Position numbers and translations under genes: made by a program. Below are positions 6,975 to 16,153 of a DNA stretch of 64,000 bases, one piece after another. The notes below the pieces were generated by a model. The model saw only the letters and a list, made by a program, of their open reading frames with translations. It had not been told where the DNA came from and ran no database searches. Location of the stretch: positions 11,481 through 75,480 of the forward strand of contig CAJUNK010000013.1 of assembly GCA_910587815.1 (NCBI GenBank), read 5' to 3'. Position 1 is the stretch's first letter, and each line of letters starts with the position of its first letter. Origin of the DNA: Candidatus Gastranaerophilales bacterium (lineage in GTDB: Bacteria; Cyanobacteriota; Vampirovibrionia; Gastranaerophilales; Gastranaerophilaceae).

Positions 6975-8648
6975 TTACTTATACCTAGTTTTAACCCTCA
7001 CCTTTATTGAAGGGGGTTGAACGGTTGAAGAATTGTCATAGATTGGGTTACAGTTACTTGCATCAAAATATGCCCTGTAACATGCACCCCCGCCTCCTGA
7101 AACATTTGCATGGCTGCCATCCAATGTTTTTAGAAAGGCACCGGTTAAATAATCAGCCCTTGAACCATAAGTTTGGTTAAGCGTACCTGTAATATTTGGC
7201 AACCCTGCCTCAATATATCCAAAATCAGATGCACCCCATATTGTTTTATTTCTAAAATCAGGCAATACAAAATCATCAGAATTTTCAGGGGTTCCATAGG
7301 TATCACCATAAACTTCATATAATGTTGAGTATGTAGTTTTAGATATTTGCGCCCCTTCAAGCCATATTTCATTATCATTTAGGGTGTTTGACAAAGTAAT
7401 AATTGGCATACCTATTTCAAACCCTACATCTGGTGAACTGCTTTGGGATAAATTATACGAATTTGTCACTAATTTACCCCCCCCGATTGGTGCGGTTTCA
7501 GAATTTTCATCTCCTTCGGCGAGTGTGGCAGACACAGTATAAACCCCTGCCTCTACCTCATCTGTTATTTGCCAAGCTAAACCTGGGTCATCTTCTAATG
7601 TTGCACCATATTCTTCTAAACAATAAGTACAATATGGTGCAACAGATAAATCTTGCCATAAATCATATAGGTTAGGGTCTTTAGGCGGGTTCTTCTGTCT
7701 GTAAGTTTTACCACCCTCAACATCAAAGAATACAATTTCACCATTTCTGTTTGCAACCCTTAAACTATATTCCCCAGGTTCATAATCAGTTACATCCAAT
7801 GTTAAATCTTCTGTGATTGTAACAGTTTTCCCGTTTCCATCTGTATATATGGCAGGTGCTTTCAGGGTGATTATTCTTTTTGAAATTGTTACAGGTTCTT
7901 CATCTTCAGCTCCTGGGGAACTATCGTTCCACGCCGCCTGCGTAGTGCTTGTGCCATCCTCATCGGATGTCACCGCACCGGCTCCGCTTTCTTCAGACGG
8001 CACAGTTTCCGTCACTGTACTTAATTGAAGCAGTGCTGCATTCCCGTTTTCATCCACTGCACCGGAATTAAAGCAAAAGGGAACAAAGGTTGATGGTAAA
8101 TGTTCTAACGGCACCTTAGCTTCATCATCCAAAGGCGCATATCCGCCTGCCTTGCCTTTTTCTTCAAGTAGCTGATACTCTTCCAATACCTGCCTTGTAA
8201 CCAAATTGCCTGAATCATCAATTATAATTGTGTTTATAATCATATCAGACAATTCAATTTGAATTTCAATATTCAAAGTTTTATTGCTTGAGCTATCCGC
8301 CTTGGTTTTGAAGGTTTCAGGATACTTTGCAACCGCCCAAAGTTTACCTTCAGGACTGAAAAGCCCTACTTCCCTTATAGTGTAATCCCCTTCGCTTGGC
8401 GGAATTTGAAAACAAAAATATAAGTAACCTGAAGCATTACCCTTTGGCGGTTTTTTACCTTGTGCAAAGATATTACCTTCGTATTTCTGGTTTTTTAAAG
8501 CGGTCTGGGTTTTTTCGGGCTCATAATAATTGCCGTTACTATCGCCCACCGCCATTTTAGCAGGTTCAAAACTCCGGTTATTTGCAACGCAATCTAAGAC
8601 TTCAATCATACCTTCTGTGGTTAATACTGCATAAAATTGTTCTGTCAT
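6975..8648 (-). CDS. tail fibre protein
   Basis: N-terminus FYAVLTTEGMIEVLD...MAVGDSNGNYYEPEKTQTALKNQKY matches the P2 gpH / Mu S conserved N-domain. C-terminal VLPDFRNKTIWG is a tail-collar-like motif. Confidence 0.85.
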   Translation of the reverse strand: MTEQFYAVLTTEGMIEVLDCVANNRSFEPAKMAVGDSNGNYYEPEKTQTALKNQKYEGNIFAQGKKPPKGNASGYLYFCFQIPPSEGDYTIREVGLFSPEGKLWAVAKYPETFKTKADSSSNKTLNIEIQIELSDMIINTIIIDDSGNLVTRQVLEEYQLLEEKGKAGGYAPLDDEAKVPLEHLPSTFVPFCFNSGAVDENGNAALLQLSTVTETVPSEESGAGAVTSDEDGTSTTQAAWNDSSPGAEDEEPVTISKRIITLKAPAIYTDGNGKTVTITEDLTLDVTDYEPGEYSLRVANRNGEIVFFDVEGGKTYRQKNPPKDPNLYDLWQDLSVAPYCTYCLEEYGATLEDDPGLAWQITDEVEAGVYTVSATLAEGDENSETAPIGGGKLVTNSYNLSQSSSPDVGFEIGMPIITLSNTLNDNEIWLEGAQISKTTYSTLYEVYGDTYGTPENSDDFVLPDFRNKTIWGASDFGYIEAGLPNITGTLNQTYGSRADYLTGAFLKTLDGSHANVSGGGGACYRAYFDASNCNPIYDNSSTVQPPSIKVRVKTRYK

Positions 8649-9202
8649 ATTTGCACTTCCTTTGTCTTTATAACAGTGGTTTCAAGGGTTGAAACCCTTG
8701 CACCGATATAAACTTTTGCCTTTGAACATAAAAAATAATTAATTACATCTAAAATCCTGGTTAAAGGCTTATAATTGTTAATCATTTCTTTAATTTCAGC
8801 CTCAAAGTTATCATCTAACCCCCGATCATAAATATTTAGAAATTCCACCCTAAAATGCCCGATACGTCCGTCATATTCGTCCCATTCTTTGATATCAGCT
8901 TCAATGTTTAAAGTCTGCAAAGCTTTTTTAAGTGCCGGGATACTGCCTTTTTCTGCGTGCAGCTGAGGTGAATTTTTGATTAAATTTTGTTTTTGTTCCT
9001 TTGTTTTTGCTAAATTCCATCCTTCATATCCCATAATATGGTTTTCCTTGCCCAAAATTGGAAGCAAGGTTTCGTTGACATTTTCAACCGGGCAAAGTAA
9101 AAGTTTTTTAAGGTCAATTTTAAAAGCCTCTTTCATACAACTTTCAAGAGCTAAATTATGCTTATCCTGCAACACTTGAGGCAGCAATGAATTATTACTC
9201 AT
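8645..9202 (-). CDS. baseplate/tail protein (P2 gpI-like)
   Basis: N-terminal SLLPQVLQDKHNLALE resembles the gpI LLP signature. Position between gpJ-like and fibre genes. Confidence 0.65.
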   Translation of the reverse strand: MSNNSLLPQVLQDKHNLALESCMKEAFKIDLKKLLLCPVENVNETLLPILGKENHIMGYEGWNLAKTKEQKQNLIKNSPQLHAEKGSIPALKKALQTLNIEADIKEWDEYDGRIGHFRVEFLNIYDRGLDDNFEAEIKEMINNYKPLTRILDVINYFLCSKAKVYIGARVSTLETTVIKTKEVQI

Positions 9203-10226
9203 CTGTCACCCTTTCATAAGTTATATTGCCGATTGTACCCTTATATGCCGTATCAATTTTAGCCAGCATGTTTGAAGTCGGCTTTGTAACTTTAAAATCA
9301 AAAACGCCGTCAATAGAATTTATGTAAGACACTATATGATTTTTAACAACGGATTTTTTTAAAAACAGATTAACACCGCTTAAATACTTATTTAAAAGCT
9401 CATTAACATTCTTTTTAACAGTTTCTTCATCCGCATTTTTTCTAAGATAAACTTTGCCGTTTATTGCAAATTCTTCAATCTTTGCAAACTGTGGCAATGG
9501 GTAATCACAAAGCGGCTTAACGGGTTTTAAGGCATCTGAAACTTTATCCAAAAGCCCTTCAACTTCTGTGCCATCTTGCGTTAAAATATGCAAAAATGTT
9601 CTATATGGGTGCGGCACGGTGACTTTAATCTTTGAACCCGCTTCAAGCGCCTGATTTAAAGTGATTTCAACCTCACCCTCTTTATAATTGCAAACGATAT
9701 TAAAGAGAGCCGTTGTTATTTCATTCGTTGTCATAACGGTTTCAGTTTCACCGATTTTAATTTTTATATCATCTTCAGGCACTTCGCACTGCACATCTTT
9801 AATTAAAGAATCAACAGATTTTGTGAAATAAATATATGCAAGCTCAGGACCCGCAACGGAAAACCCTTCAGGGGATAATAAAATCCTTTGAATATAGTCT
9901 TTATCTTCCTCGTCTTCAAGGCGCGGACAGTTTTTTTGATTGCCTAAAAAGTCTAGAATTGGTGCCCTTGAGTGTTCTACAAGGTTAAGTTTACAAGCAT
10001 CATTAACTTGGGCTTTAACAAGGTTTGCATAATAAACCATTAACTCAATTAAAATCCTTGTATCATGGGCAATCTGCACCTTTGTATCGGTGTCTTTTTC
10101 AAACTTTTCAATTAAATGTGCCTCATCTGCTTTTGGGTCAATTTTTATAAATTCAAGGGCTGCGTGAGCCGGTGTGAAAGGGGAAGGTGTTGAGCCTTGC
10201 CCTGAAACACTACGTTCTGACATCAT
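9195..10226 (-). CDS. baseplate J-like protein (Mu gp47 / P2 gpJ)
   Basis: Size and position between the gpW-like and gpI-like genes. Confidence 0.7.
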   Translation of the reverse strand: MMSERSVSGQGSTPSPFTPAHAALEFIKIDPKADEAHLIEKFEKDTDTKVQIAHDTRILIELMVYYANLVKAQVNDACKLNLVEHSRAPILDFLGNQKNCPRLEDEEDKDYIQRILLSPEGFSVAGPELAYIYFTKSVDSLIKDVQCEVPEDDIKIKIGETETVMTTNEITTALFNIVCNYKEGEVEITLNQALEAGSKIKVTVPHPYRTFLHILTQDGTEVEGLLDKVSDALKPVKPLCDYPLPQFAKIEEFAINGKVYLRKNADEETVKKNVNELLNKYLSGVNLFLKKSVVKNHIVSYINSIDGVFDFKVTKPTSNMLAKIDTAYKGTIGNITYERVTDE

Positions 10227-10564
10227 TATACGTAAACCTCCACAAAATCACTGTTTTCATCTTCTTTGCAGGTAAAATAAATTGTCATTTTTATTTGTCC
10301 ATCTTCTGTGAAATCACCAACAACCTCGGAAATTTCGCATCTTGGCTCTTGAAGCGAAATTTCCCGTGTGTAAACTCCTATTAGATAATCAATTGCAAGG
10401 GGAGATTTTTCACCAACAGCTGGAAATAAATCACATCCAAATTCGGGCATGAAAGGGACAGAACCCTTTTGAGTTGATGCAATGGTTTTAACACATTGTT
10501 TAACATCTTCTTTGCCCGAAACGGTTTCAGTGAGCGAATTTCTTTTGTGTTGATAACTTTCCAT
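10226..10564 (-). CDS. baseplate wedge protein (GPW / T4 gp25-like)
   Basis: 112 aa. QKGSVPFMPEFGCDL is the typical gp25/GPW motif. Confidence 0.75.
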   Translation of the reverse strand: MESYQHKRNSLTETVSGKEDVKQCVKTIASTQKGSVPFMPEFGCDLFPAVGEKSPLAIDYLIGVYTREISLQEPRCEISEVVGDFTEDGQIKMTIYFTCKEDENSDFVEVYV

Positions 10565-10622
10565 ATTCCTATTATTTAATTTTCAAAATTTTATTTCATA
10601 TAAGGAACTTATTAAGTTTCTA

Positions 10623-11090
10623 TTAAACTGTGGCTGTTGGAGCTCCTGTATTAGAGCCGTTGTTTCCATTTGTATGAGCGTGGCTATTTGAATGCTGCCG
10701 CACTGAATCAAGCGTGCCTCTTGAATCCTGCACTTCGCCGCCTGCTATAATGTTTTTACTTACATAAAGGTTTTCAACCTCTAAATTGAAGCTTTTAGAG
10801 CCTTCTGTGTGAGAAAAATAAGAACCGTCACCAAATTGAATAAAACTATCCCCCAAATCTTCAGGAGGCAGGTCAATTTCATTGTATATGCCGCCCAAAA
10901 CAACCCCGTCACACAAATCGTCTGTTAAAATAACAGCAACAAGCTGTCCTGCTTCAGGCATTATTTTCGATTTTTTTGTTACGGTAAATTTCTGCGGCAC
11001 TTTAACCCACAAGTCTTCTAATCCCCAGGCTTCAAAATGAACCTTTGCTTCCAAGCCTTTTATCTCTTTTATTGTACCGAATTCAAGCAT
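10623..11090 (-). CDS. baseplate assembly protein V / spike
   Basis: GTIKEI...AKVHF...PEAGQLVAVILTDD..GVVLGGIYN follows the gpV OB-fold pattern. Confidence 0.7.
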   Translation of the reverse strand: MLEFGTIKEIKGLEAKVHFEAWGLEDLWVKVPQKFTVTKKSKIMPEAGQLVAVILTDDLCDGVVLGGIYNEIDLPPEDLGDSFIQFGDGSYFSHTEGSKSFNLEVENLYVSKNIIAGGEVQDSRGTLDSVRQHSNSHAHTNGNNGSNTGAPTATV

Positions 11091-12085
11091 TTTGATATCT
11101 CTCCTTCCTGCCTTAATTTTGCCGTTTCATCAATTTTTAAAGTTTGTGATTTAATATGGTATTTGCCTTCGTGCTTGCCAATTCCGGTCAAATCAAAGTT
11201 TACACCTGCCATAAAAAGCTTATTTGGCTTAGATAGTTGAATCCTTCCTGTGACCTCCCTTGCGGAATTTTTTAGGGCAGATTGTGCCACGATTTTTGCT
11301 TCAGATAATGAAGAACACCTTTTGTAAACGGTTAAAGTGTCTGTTATTTCAGTATTTCCGACTGCTGTATAAGTTTTTACCGTCTTAGATTTTAAATCCA
11401 GGTATTGCACTTTTGCTTTACCATAAATCTTTGTTACAGTATCATTCAGACTAAGGCTTTCAACATCTGAAGATTTTGATAAAGTAAATAACGGTTCCCC
11501 GGATTCAAGCTCTGCAAGCGAAGTAAAAGTTAAATATCCGTCTTTTATATTAAAAATATACCCATAAAGCTTTGATATACGTTTCAAAAAAGCAATATCC
11601 GATTCATTTTTTTGAACAATTACACCTATTTTTACATTTCCAGTGTTGCCCAAAACCTTAAACCCGTACTGTTTTCCTATTATTTCAGCAATTTTGTTTA
11701 AGGTATATCCGCTCCAATTTTTTATTTTTTGCGTTCGAACAGAAAAGTTTGTTGAGGTTGCAAGTGCTTTGATTTCAATAGTGTCGCCCGATAAACCCCA
11801 GTTAAAACTATTTTCATCAATTGTAAAAGCTCCGGGTTCAAAAACATCTTCACCGTATTGAATTGTAACACTTAATTTGTCACCTTTATTTGGATACCAA
11901 AGGTCTGAAAAATATCCGTCATTGTTGTTTAAAGTGAGCGTAAGTTCATCTGATTGTTCATCTTCAAATTCATTAAAGGTTAATTCCCTTAAATACTTTG
12001 AAAAATCCTTACTTGCATCTTTTCCGTTACAAAGAAGCGTTACAACAGGCTTTCGTGTTTTATTTGTTGAATTTACTGTTTCCAT
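11069..12085 (-). CDS. baseplate hub / late-control gpD-like protein (Mu gp44)
   Basis: 338 aa. Position between the gpX-like and gpV-like genes. Confidence 0.65.
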   Translation of the reverse strand: METVNSTNKTRKPVVTLLCNGKDASKDFSKYLRELTFNEFEDEQSDELTLTLNNNDGYFSDLWYPNKGDKLSVTIQYGEDVFEPGAFTIDENSFNWGLSGDTIEIKALATSTNFSVRTQKIKNWSGYTLNKIAEIIGKQYGFKVLGNTGNVKIGVIVQKNESDIAFLKRISKLYGYIFNIKDGYLTFTSLAELESGEPLFTLSKSSDVESLSLNDTVTKIYGKAKVQYLDLKSKTVKTYTAVGNTEITDTLTVYKRCSSLSEAKIVAQSALKNSAREVTGRIQLSKPNKLFMAGVNFDLTGIGKHEGKYHIKSQTLKIDETAKLRQEGEISKCLNSVQ

Positions 12086-12285
12086 ACAGGAAGCCTCGTT
12101 TTATCATTATTTGCTTTCATTTCAGGAACAGGGATTTTTAAAGTTATACCTTCAGGTAAAACAGGGCTTACTTTAACGTGCGGGTTTGCCTCAATTATGG
12201 GTAAAATATTATAAGTAGAGCCGAATTTATAAGCTATTGTGTCCCATCTTTCATTTTGCCCGGTTGTGTATAAAATATAAGACAT
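12073..12285 (-). CDS. tail protein X (LysM-like)
   Basis: YTTGQNERWDTIAYKFGSTYNILPIIEANPHV...LPEGITLKIPV is LysM-like, as in P2 gpX. Start moved to ATG 12285, just after the upstream stop. Confidence 0.7.
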   Translation of the reverse strand: MSYILYTTGQNERWDTIAYKFGSTYNILPIIEANPHVKVSPVLPEGITLKIPVPEMKANNDKTRLPVWKQ

Positions 12286-12289
12286 GATT

Positions 12290-13030
12290 TTAGAACCCTC
12301 CTCGCAATGAGCCATCAAGCATTAATTCAGGGATTGCTCTGATGCTTTGAGCTACATTTAAAGCTTCAGCAGGGCTTAAGTTATCATTATTTTTAACAGC
12401 ATCTGCATAAGCGCCCACCGTATTATATAAATCCCCGACATTAACTCCGGTTAAATCTGTCGCAACAGAGTTTGAAACTGTCCTTACAAGCTCTTTTCCC
12501 ATATCTGTTAAAGATGTATTTAAAAGAGCAGTATTAACATTTTCTTTAAACGATTCCACAGCTGAAACCCTTGCTTTTGCGGCAAGTTCTTTAATTTTGG
12601 GGTGTTTTTCACTCACCGCCTTTGTTTCATCAATCATAGAGCCTTTGCCTTCGGCTTTAAAATCAGGGTCGGGCGGCACTTCAAGCAGATTAAAATTAAC
12701 CTCTGCATAAATAATCGTGCCTTTAAGAGCTTTGGTTAAAGTTTTCTCAACAGAATTTATTACAAACTGCCCCATATATTGTTTTTGGTATACCCAGTCG
12801 ATTTTATCCCCATTTAAGGCGCATTTTTTAATTGTTTCAATTACTTTTTTAGGGTTACAAAAAGAAAAATGCAAAGGCAGAAAAACAGCATATTCGAGCA
12901 AATTTTCATTACCCCTTTGAAGAGCTGGCTTTGAATTTATACAGGGCATTTGATTATAGGTATATTCTTTTTTAGTTGACGGAGCTTCAATCATATTAAG
13001 GATTTTAAGCATATTCCATTTTTCAAACAT
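12290..13030 (-). CDS. tail protein (P2 gpU / Mu DNA-circulation-like)
   Basis: Position directly after the tape measure gene. The family call is weak. Confidence 0.5.
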   Translation of the reverse strand: MFEKWNMLKILNMIEAPSTKKEYTYNQMPCINSKPALQRGNENLLEYAVFLPLHFSFCNPKKVIETIKKCALNGDKIDWVYQKQYMGQFVINSVEKTLTKALKGTIIYAEVNFNLLEVPPDPDFKAEGKGSMIDETKAVSEKHPKIKELAAKARVSAVESFKENVNTALLNTSLTDMGKELVRTVSNSVATDLTGVNVGDLYNTVGAYADAVKNNDNLSPAEALNVAQSIRAIPELMLDGSLRGGF

Positions 13031-15036
13031 TAGTAAACCCTTGCCTCTCTGCGTCTTAAAATATCAAGTATAATTTTTACAAGCTCATCCTTATATTTAT
13101 ATAGAAGTGCCAGGAACTCTTGTTTTGATGAGTTTGAAACATTGCTTCCCCAATGGATTGTGGGGTGAAAATCGATTTTGATGCTTTCGCTTGAATTATT
13201 GTTTATATTGCCTCTTCTCCAGCGGTTAGCTTCAGGCGCCGTTAAGACAGATTCACCTTTGTGAAGTTCCGCCTTGTATCCGTCAAACGGCACATAATCA
13301 AGGCCGTTAGCGTGGCTTCCGTCCACTTGTGATGCTCTGTCTTTTTTAATGTTTTTATTAATCTCTTCCGCTTTTTTGCTTTGTTCATCACCCCATTCTT
13401 TGAGTTTTCCGCCAATGCCTCTTAATCCGCCTGCTTTATTAATTAATTTACCAATCCATCCCCATAAAGTTTGAATGGCCTTAACTGCAAGGCCTATAGG
13501 GGTTGTCCAGGCTAAAATTTTAGCAGCAAACAAAACAGCAGGTTTTATAAAGTTCCAAACGGCACCGGCGCCGGTTAAAAAGCCCTGCCATAAGACAGCA
13601 AGCCAAGCTCCGCCGGCTTTAACAACTGCCCACGTTCCCTGGCAAATATTTCTAAAGCCTTCAAATTTTTTATAACAATAAATAGTGCCCGCAGCAAGCA
13701 AGGCTATTCCTGCAACAACACCCATAATGGGCAATAGCGCAGGGTTTGCCCAGGTTACAATAGAAAAGCCGCGCATAACCTTTCTAAGTAAAATTACATT
13801 TCTTATAATGCCACCAACAGCCATTAATGCTGTGCCGCCAAAAAGACTTACAACACCAATTCCAGCTGCCGCAATTGAAACAAAACTTGTAAGCCCTGGT
13901 GGCATTTTGTCAATAATGCTAGATACTGTTTGGAATGTACTGCCTGCGGCCTTTATGACAGGCAAAAGTGCTGTACCAAATTTAATACTTAAAGCCTGGG
14001 CATTATTTTTCATAATCGCCATTTGATTATTAAGCCCGTCAGTTTGTTTTCTGTAGGCTTCTGATAGTGAATCTCCGCCATTTCTCATATCATTTAGGGT
14101 CTGAAGATAGGTTGCATTATTTGCCCCTGTTAAAGAAAGAATAGCATTATATCCCTCAACGGAACCGACCAGCTGAATCAATTTTGATTGGTTGCCATTA
14201 ACACCTTTGTAGATTTTATCAAAGGCGTTTACAACCCCACCAGATTTTTGAATTAAATCAGGAAAATTTTTAGCACCAAGCTTTGTAAATATTTCCATCT
14301 GTTCTTTTGAGCCACGGGACAAACCTGCAATGGCAGCCTTCATTTGTGTGTGGGCAATATTTGCTTTTAGGCCGGAAGTTGTCATAGCGGCTATAGAAGC
14401 TGAATATTCATCCAGCTGAATTCCTGCGGCTGATACAACGCCTGCAACAGAACCAAAGCCTTGGGCAAATTCTGATATGTTTGTTTTGCCGTATTTTACA
14501 ACCTTAAAAAACATATCGTAAATACCGTCTGCTTCTTTGCCTTTAAGATTAAAGGCATTTATAGCAGATGTTGCAATGTCAACGGCTTCCGCTGTGGTTG
14601 AAAGCCCCGCAACAGAAAGTTTCTCTGAACCCGCTAAAACCCTAAACTGCTCATCTGCGGATATGCCGGCAGAACGTATGGAATAAAGCCCGTCTGTCAA
14701 ATCTGATATGGCCTTTGGGGAATTTTTACCAATTTTTAAAACCTCATCCCCCATGGCTTTTAGGCTTTCAGTTTCGGTATCAATAAGGGTTGAAACATTG
14801 TTCATCCCGGCTTCAAAATCGCCTGCAATTTTAGCATTTAATCCGGATGCCGCAACAAGCGCCCCGCCAAAAACTGCTGCCTTTTGCCCTGCCTTATCAA
14901 ACTTGTTTGCAGTATCTTCAAGGCTTTTATTCATTTTATTAAAAGCATCATCAGATTGTGTGCAGGCTGATTTTACGACACCACTCATTGTGTCAAATGC
15001 TTTTAGATAAAGATTTACTTTCATATCAGCGGGCAT
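13030..15036 (-). CDS. tail tape measure protein
   Basis: 668 aa, alanine/glycine-rich helical N-part, hydrophobic central segment. Follows the chaperone frameshift pair. Confidence 0.85.
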   Translation of the reverse strand: MPADMKVNLYLKAFDTMSGVVKSACTQSDDAFNKMNKSLEDTANKFDKAGQKAAVFGGALVAASGLNAKIAGDFEAGMNNVSTLIDTETESLKAMGDEVLKIGKNSPKAISDLTDGLYSIRSAGISADEQFRVLAGSEKLSVAGLSTTAEAVDIATSAINAFNLKGKEADGIYDMFFKVVKYGKTNISEFAQGFGSVAGVVSAAGIQLDEYSASIAAMTTSGLKANIAHTQMKAAIAGLSRGSKEQMEIFTKLGAKNFPDLIQKSGGVVNAFDKIYKGVNGNQSKLIQLVGSVEGYNAILSLTGANNATYLQTLNDMRNGGDSLSEAYRKQTDGLNNQMAIMKNNAQALSIKFGTALLPVIKAAGSTFQTVSSIIDKMPPGLTSFVSIAAAGIGVVSLFGGTALMAVGGIIRNVILLRKVMRGFSIVTWANPALLPIMGVVAGIALLAAGTIYCYKKFEGFRNICQGTWAVVKAGGAWLAVLWQGFLTGAGAVWNFIKPAVLFAAKILAWTTPIGLAVKAIQTLWGWIGKLINKAGGLRGIGGKLKEWGDEQSKKAEEINKNIKKDRASQVDGSHANGLDYVPFDGYKAELHKGESVLTAPEANRWRRGNINNNSSESIKIDFHPTIHWGSNVSNSSKQEFLALLYKYKDELVKIILDILRRREARVY

Positions 15037-15045
15037 ATTAATCCT

Positions 15046-15073
15046 TTGCTAAAAATAAAGGGGCAAAAGCCCC
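15046..15073 (-). terminator. terminator-like hairpin inside the late operon, 10 nt upstream of the tape measure start
   Basis: Minus strand GGGGC-UUUU-GCCCC (15073-15060) followed by UUUAUUUUU. Confidence 0.4.
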
Positions 15074-15104
15074 TAATATCAAGGAAAATTTATGAGATTA
15101 AATT

Positions 15105-15185
15105 GCGCGAACCGGTGTTCCGTGAGGCGGTGCGTGCGGGTTGCGATGAGCAAGCCGCAAAGCACTACGCCAGTGAACACTACGG
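15105..15185. repeat. GC-rich intergenic element, copy A
   Basis: 38/60 G+C in 15121-15180. Shares GGCGG(T/G)GCGTG, AAGCCG and GTGAACA with 3817-3857, and GGTGCGTG, TGCGAT, GAGC and AAGCACTACGC with 26491-26552. Confidence 0.5.
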
Positions 15186-15601
15186 CTTATGTTTTTCAGG
15201 TTCCAGGTTAAGTTTTTTCCATAAAGAATGAGCTTCATTGAACCAAAAAATGATTTCATCAAATGTCATTTCATAGATTTCTTTTTTTGAGAAATGGAGG
15301 AAATGGGCTATAAAAACCATCATCTCAGTATCAGGTATTACTTTCCCGGGTTTGCACTGTCCCAGGCTTCTTCAAGAGTTATAATATCTCGTGCACTGTA
15401 ATTCAAAACTTCTTCAGCAGGCATTTTTTCACCATCAAATGTGGCAATTTCGGCAATTAAATATATTACAGCCCCGAAGCCGCCTGAAGCTTTTCTTGCC
15501 TTCATTAATGCGTGCCCGTTGCTTTTTGCCGGGTCAAATTCTACCTTAACACCGTTTGAAAGTGTTAATTTTACCAAGTTTTCAGTTTGTGCTTTTGTCA
15601 T
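15180..15601 (-). CDS. tail assembly chaperone, -1 frameshift fusion product (gpE+E' / G-T type), 140 aa
   Basis: After slipping at GGGAAAG the -1 frame reads VIPDTEMMVFIAHFLHFSKKEIYEMTFDEIIFWFNEAHSLWKKLNLEPEKHKP to TAG at 15182-15180. FSKKEIYEMTFDEIIFW resembles the P2 GpE-family extension. Confidence 0.65.
15338..15601 (-). CDS. tail assembly chaperone, zero-frame product (87 aa)
   Basis: ORF between the tail tube and tape measure genes, ending ...ANPGK at the slippery site. Confidence 0.75.
   Translation of the reverse strand: MTKAQTENLVKLTLSNGVKVEFDPAKSNGHALMKARKASGGFGAVIYLIAEIATFDGEKMPAEEVLNYSARDIITLEEAWDSANPGK
15341..15347 (-). promoter_or_regulatory. programmed -1 ribosomal frameshift slippery heptamer G GGA AAG
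   Basis: Plus strand ctttccc = minus strand GGGAAAG, in the X XXY YYZ phase of the 87-aa ORF and immediately before its stop codon. Confidence 0.7.
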
Positions 15602-15616
15602 TTTTTATTCTCCGTA

Positions 15617-16123
15617 TTACTGTAATGCTAGGTCTTTTCTTACCTTTGCAAGCAAGTCAACCCCGTTTATCCTGTATATTTGATTAATGTTATCAATCAC
15701 GTATTTTTCTTTGTTATTAATATAGAGTTTTGCAGCGGAAACATTAAAATCTATAGGGTAATCAAGATTTTTTTGTTGTTCTAGTTCGCCTAAAAGACTG
15801 AATTTTTTGCTTGAAGCCCTTATGATAAGTTTTGCCTGTTCTGACCCTACAAGGCTTTCATTTGAATATTCTTCAAGCGCACCATAAATTGTAAAATTAA
15901 GCCATCCAAAGGGGTTTGAGATTGCATTAAAAACATCCTTATCAAAGCCCTGAATATTAATGTTGCTGGTCATTGACTTAAAAGCTGTGTTTACATCATA
16001 ACTACCAAAACCATGAGTTATTGTAGCGGTTTCCATTTCAATATCGGGCGCTGTTACTTTGTTTGCGATACCAAATAAAGATTTTCCAAGATATATATTT
16101 GATTTTGTAAGTACTGTTACCAT
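15617..16123 (-). CDS. tail tube protein
   Basis: 168 aa, directly downstream of the sheath gene. Confidence 0.75.
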   Translation of the reverse strand: MVTVLTKSNIYLGKSLFGIANKVTAPDIEMETATITHGFGSYDVNTAFKSMTSNINIQGFDKDVFNAISNPFGWLNFTIYGALEEYSNESLVGSEQAKLIIRASSKKFSLLGELEQQKNLDYPIDFNVSAAKLYINNKEKYVIDNINQIYRINGVDLLAKVRKDLALQ

Positions 16124-16153
16124 TGTTTAAATCCTTCCTTTTGCCCTGACTAT

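Noticed and set aside
5361-8648. Mu G-segment-like invertible host-range switch
   Set aside because: Both fibre/chaperone cassettes are in the same orientation. No Gin/Hin-type invertase gene was found anywhere in the prophage, and I saw no flanking inverted crossover sites.
6975-8648. Diversity-generating retroelement acting on the tail fibre
   Set aside because: There is no reverse transcriptase gene in the window, and the GC-rich islands show no similarity to the fibre C-terminus that would qualify as template/variable repeats.
13475-15010. Several + strand ORFs inside the tape measure gene
   Set aside because: They are alanine/proline-rich mirror-frame artefacts of an A/G-rich coding region with no RBS. 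The minus-strand 668-aa ORF is clearly the real gene.
15046-15231. 61-aa + strand ORF between the chaperone and tape measure genes
   Set aside because: It is antisense within a tightly packed minus-strand operon and overlaps the frameshift extension. Its apparent coding content is the GC-rich repeat element A, whose copy B is broken by stops in the same frame.
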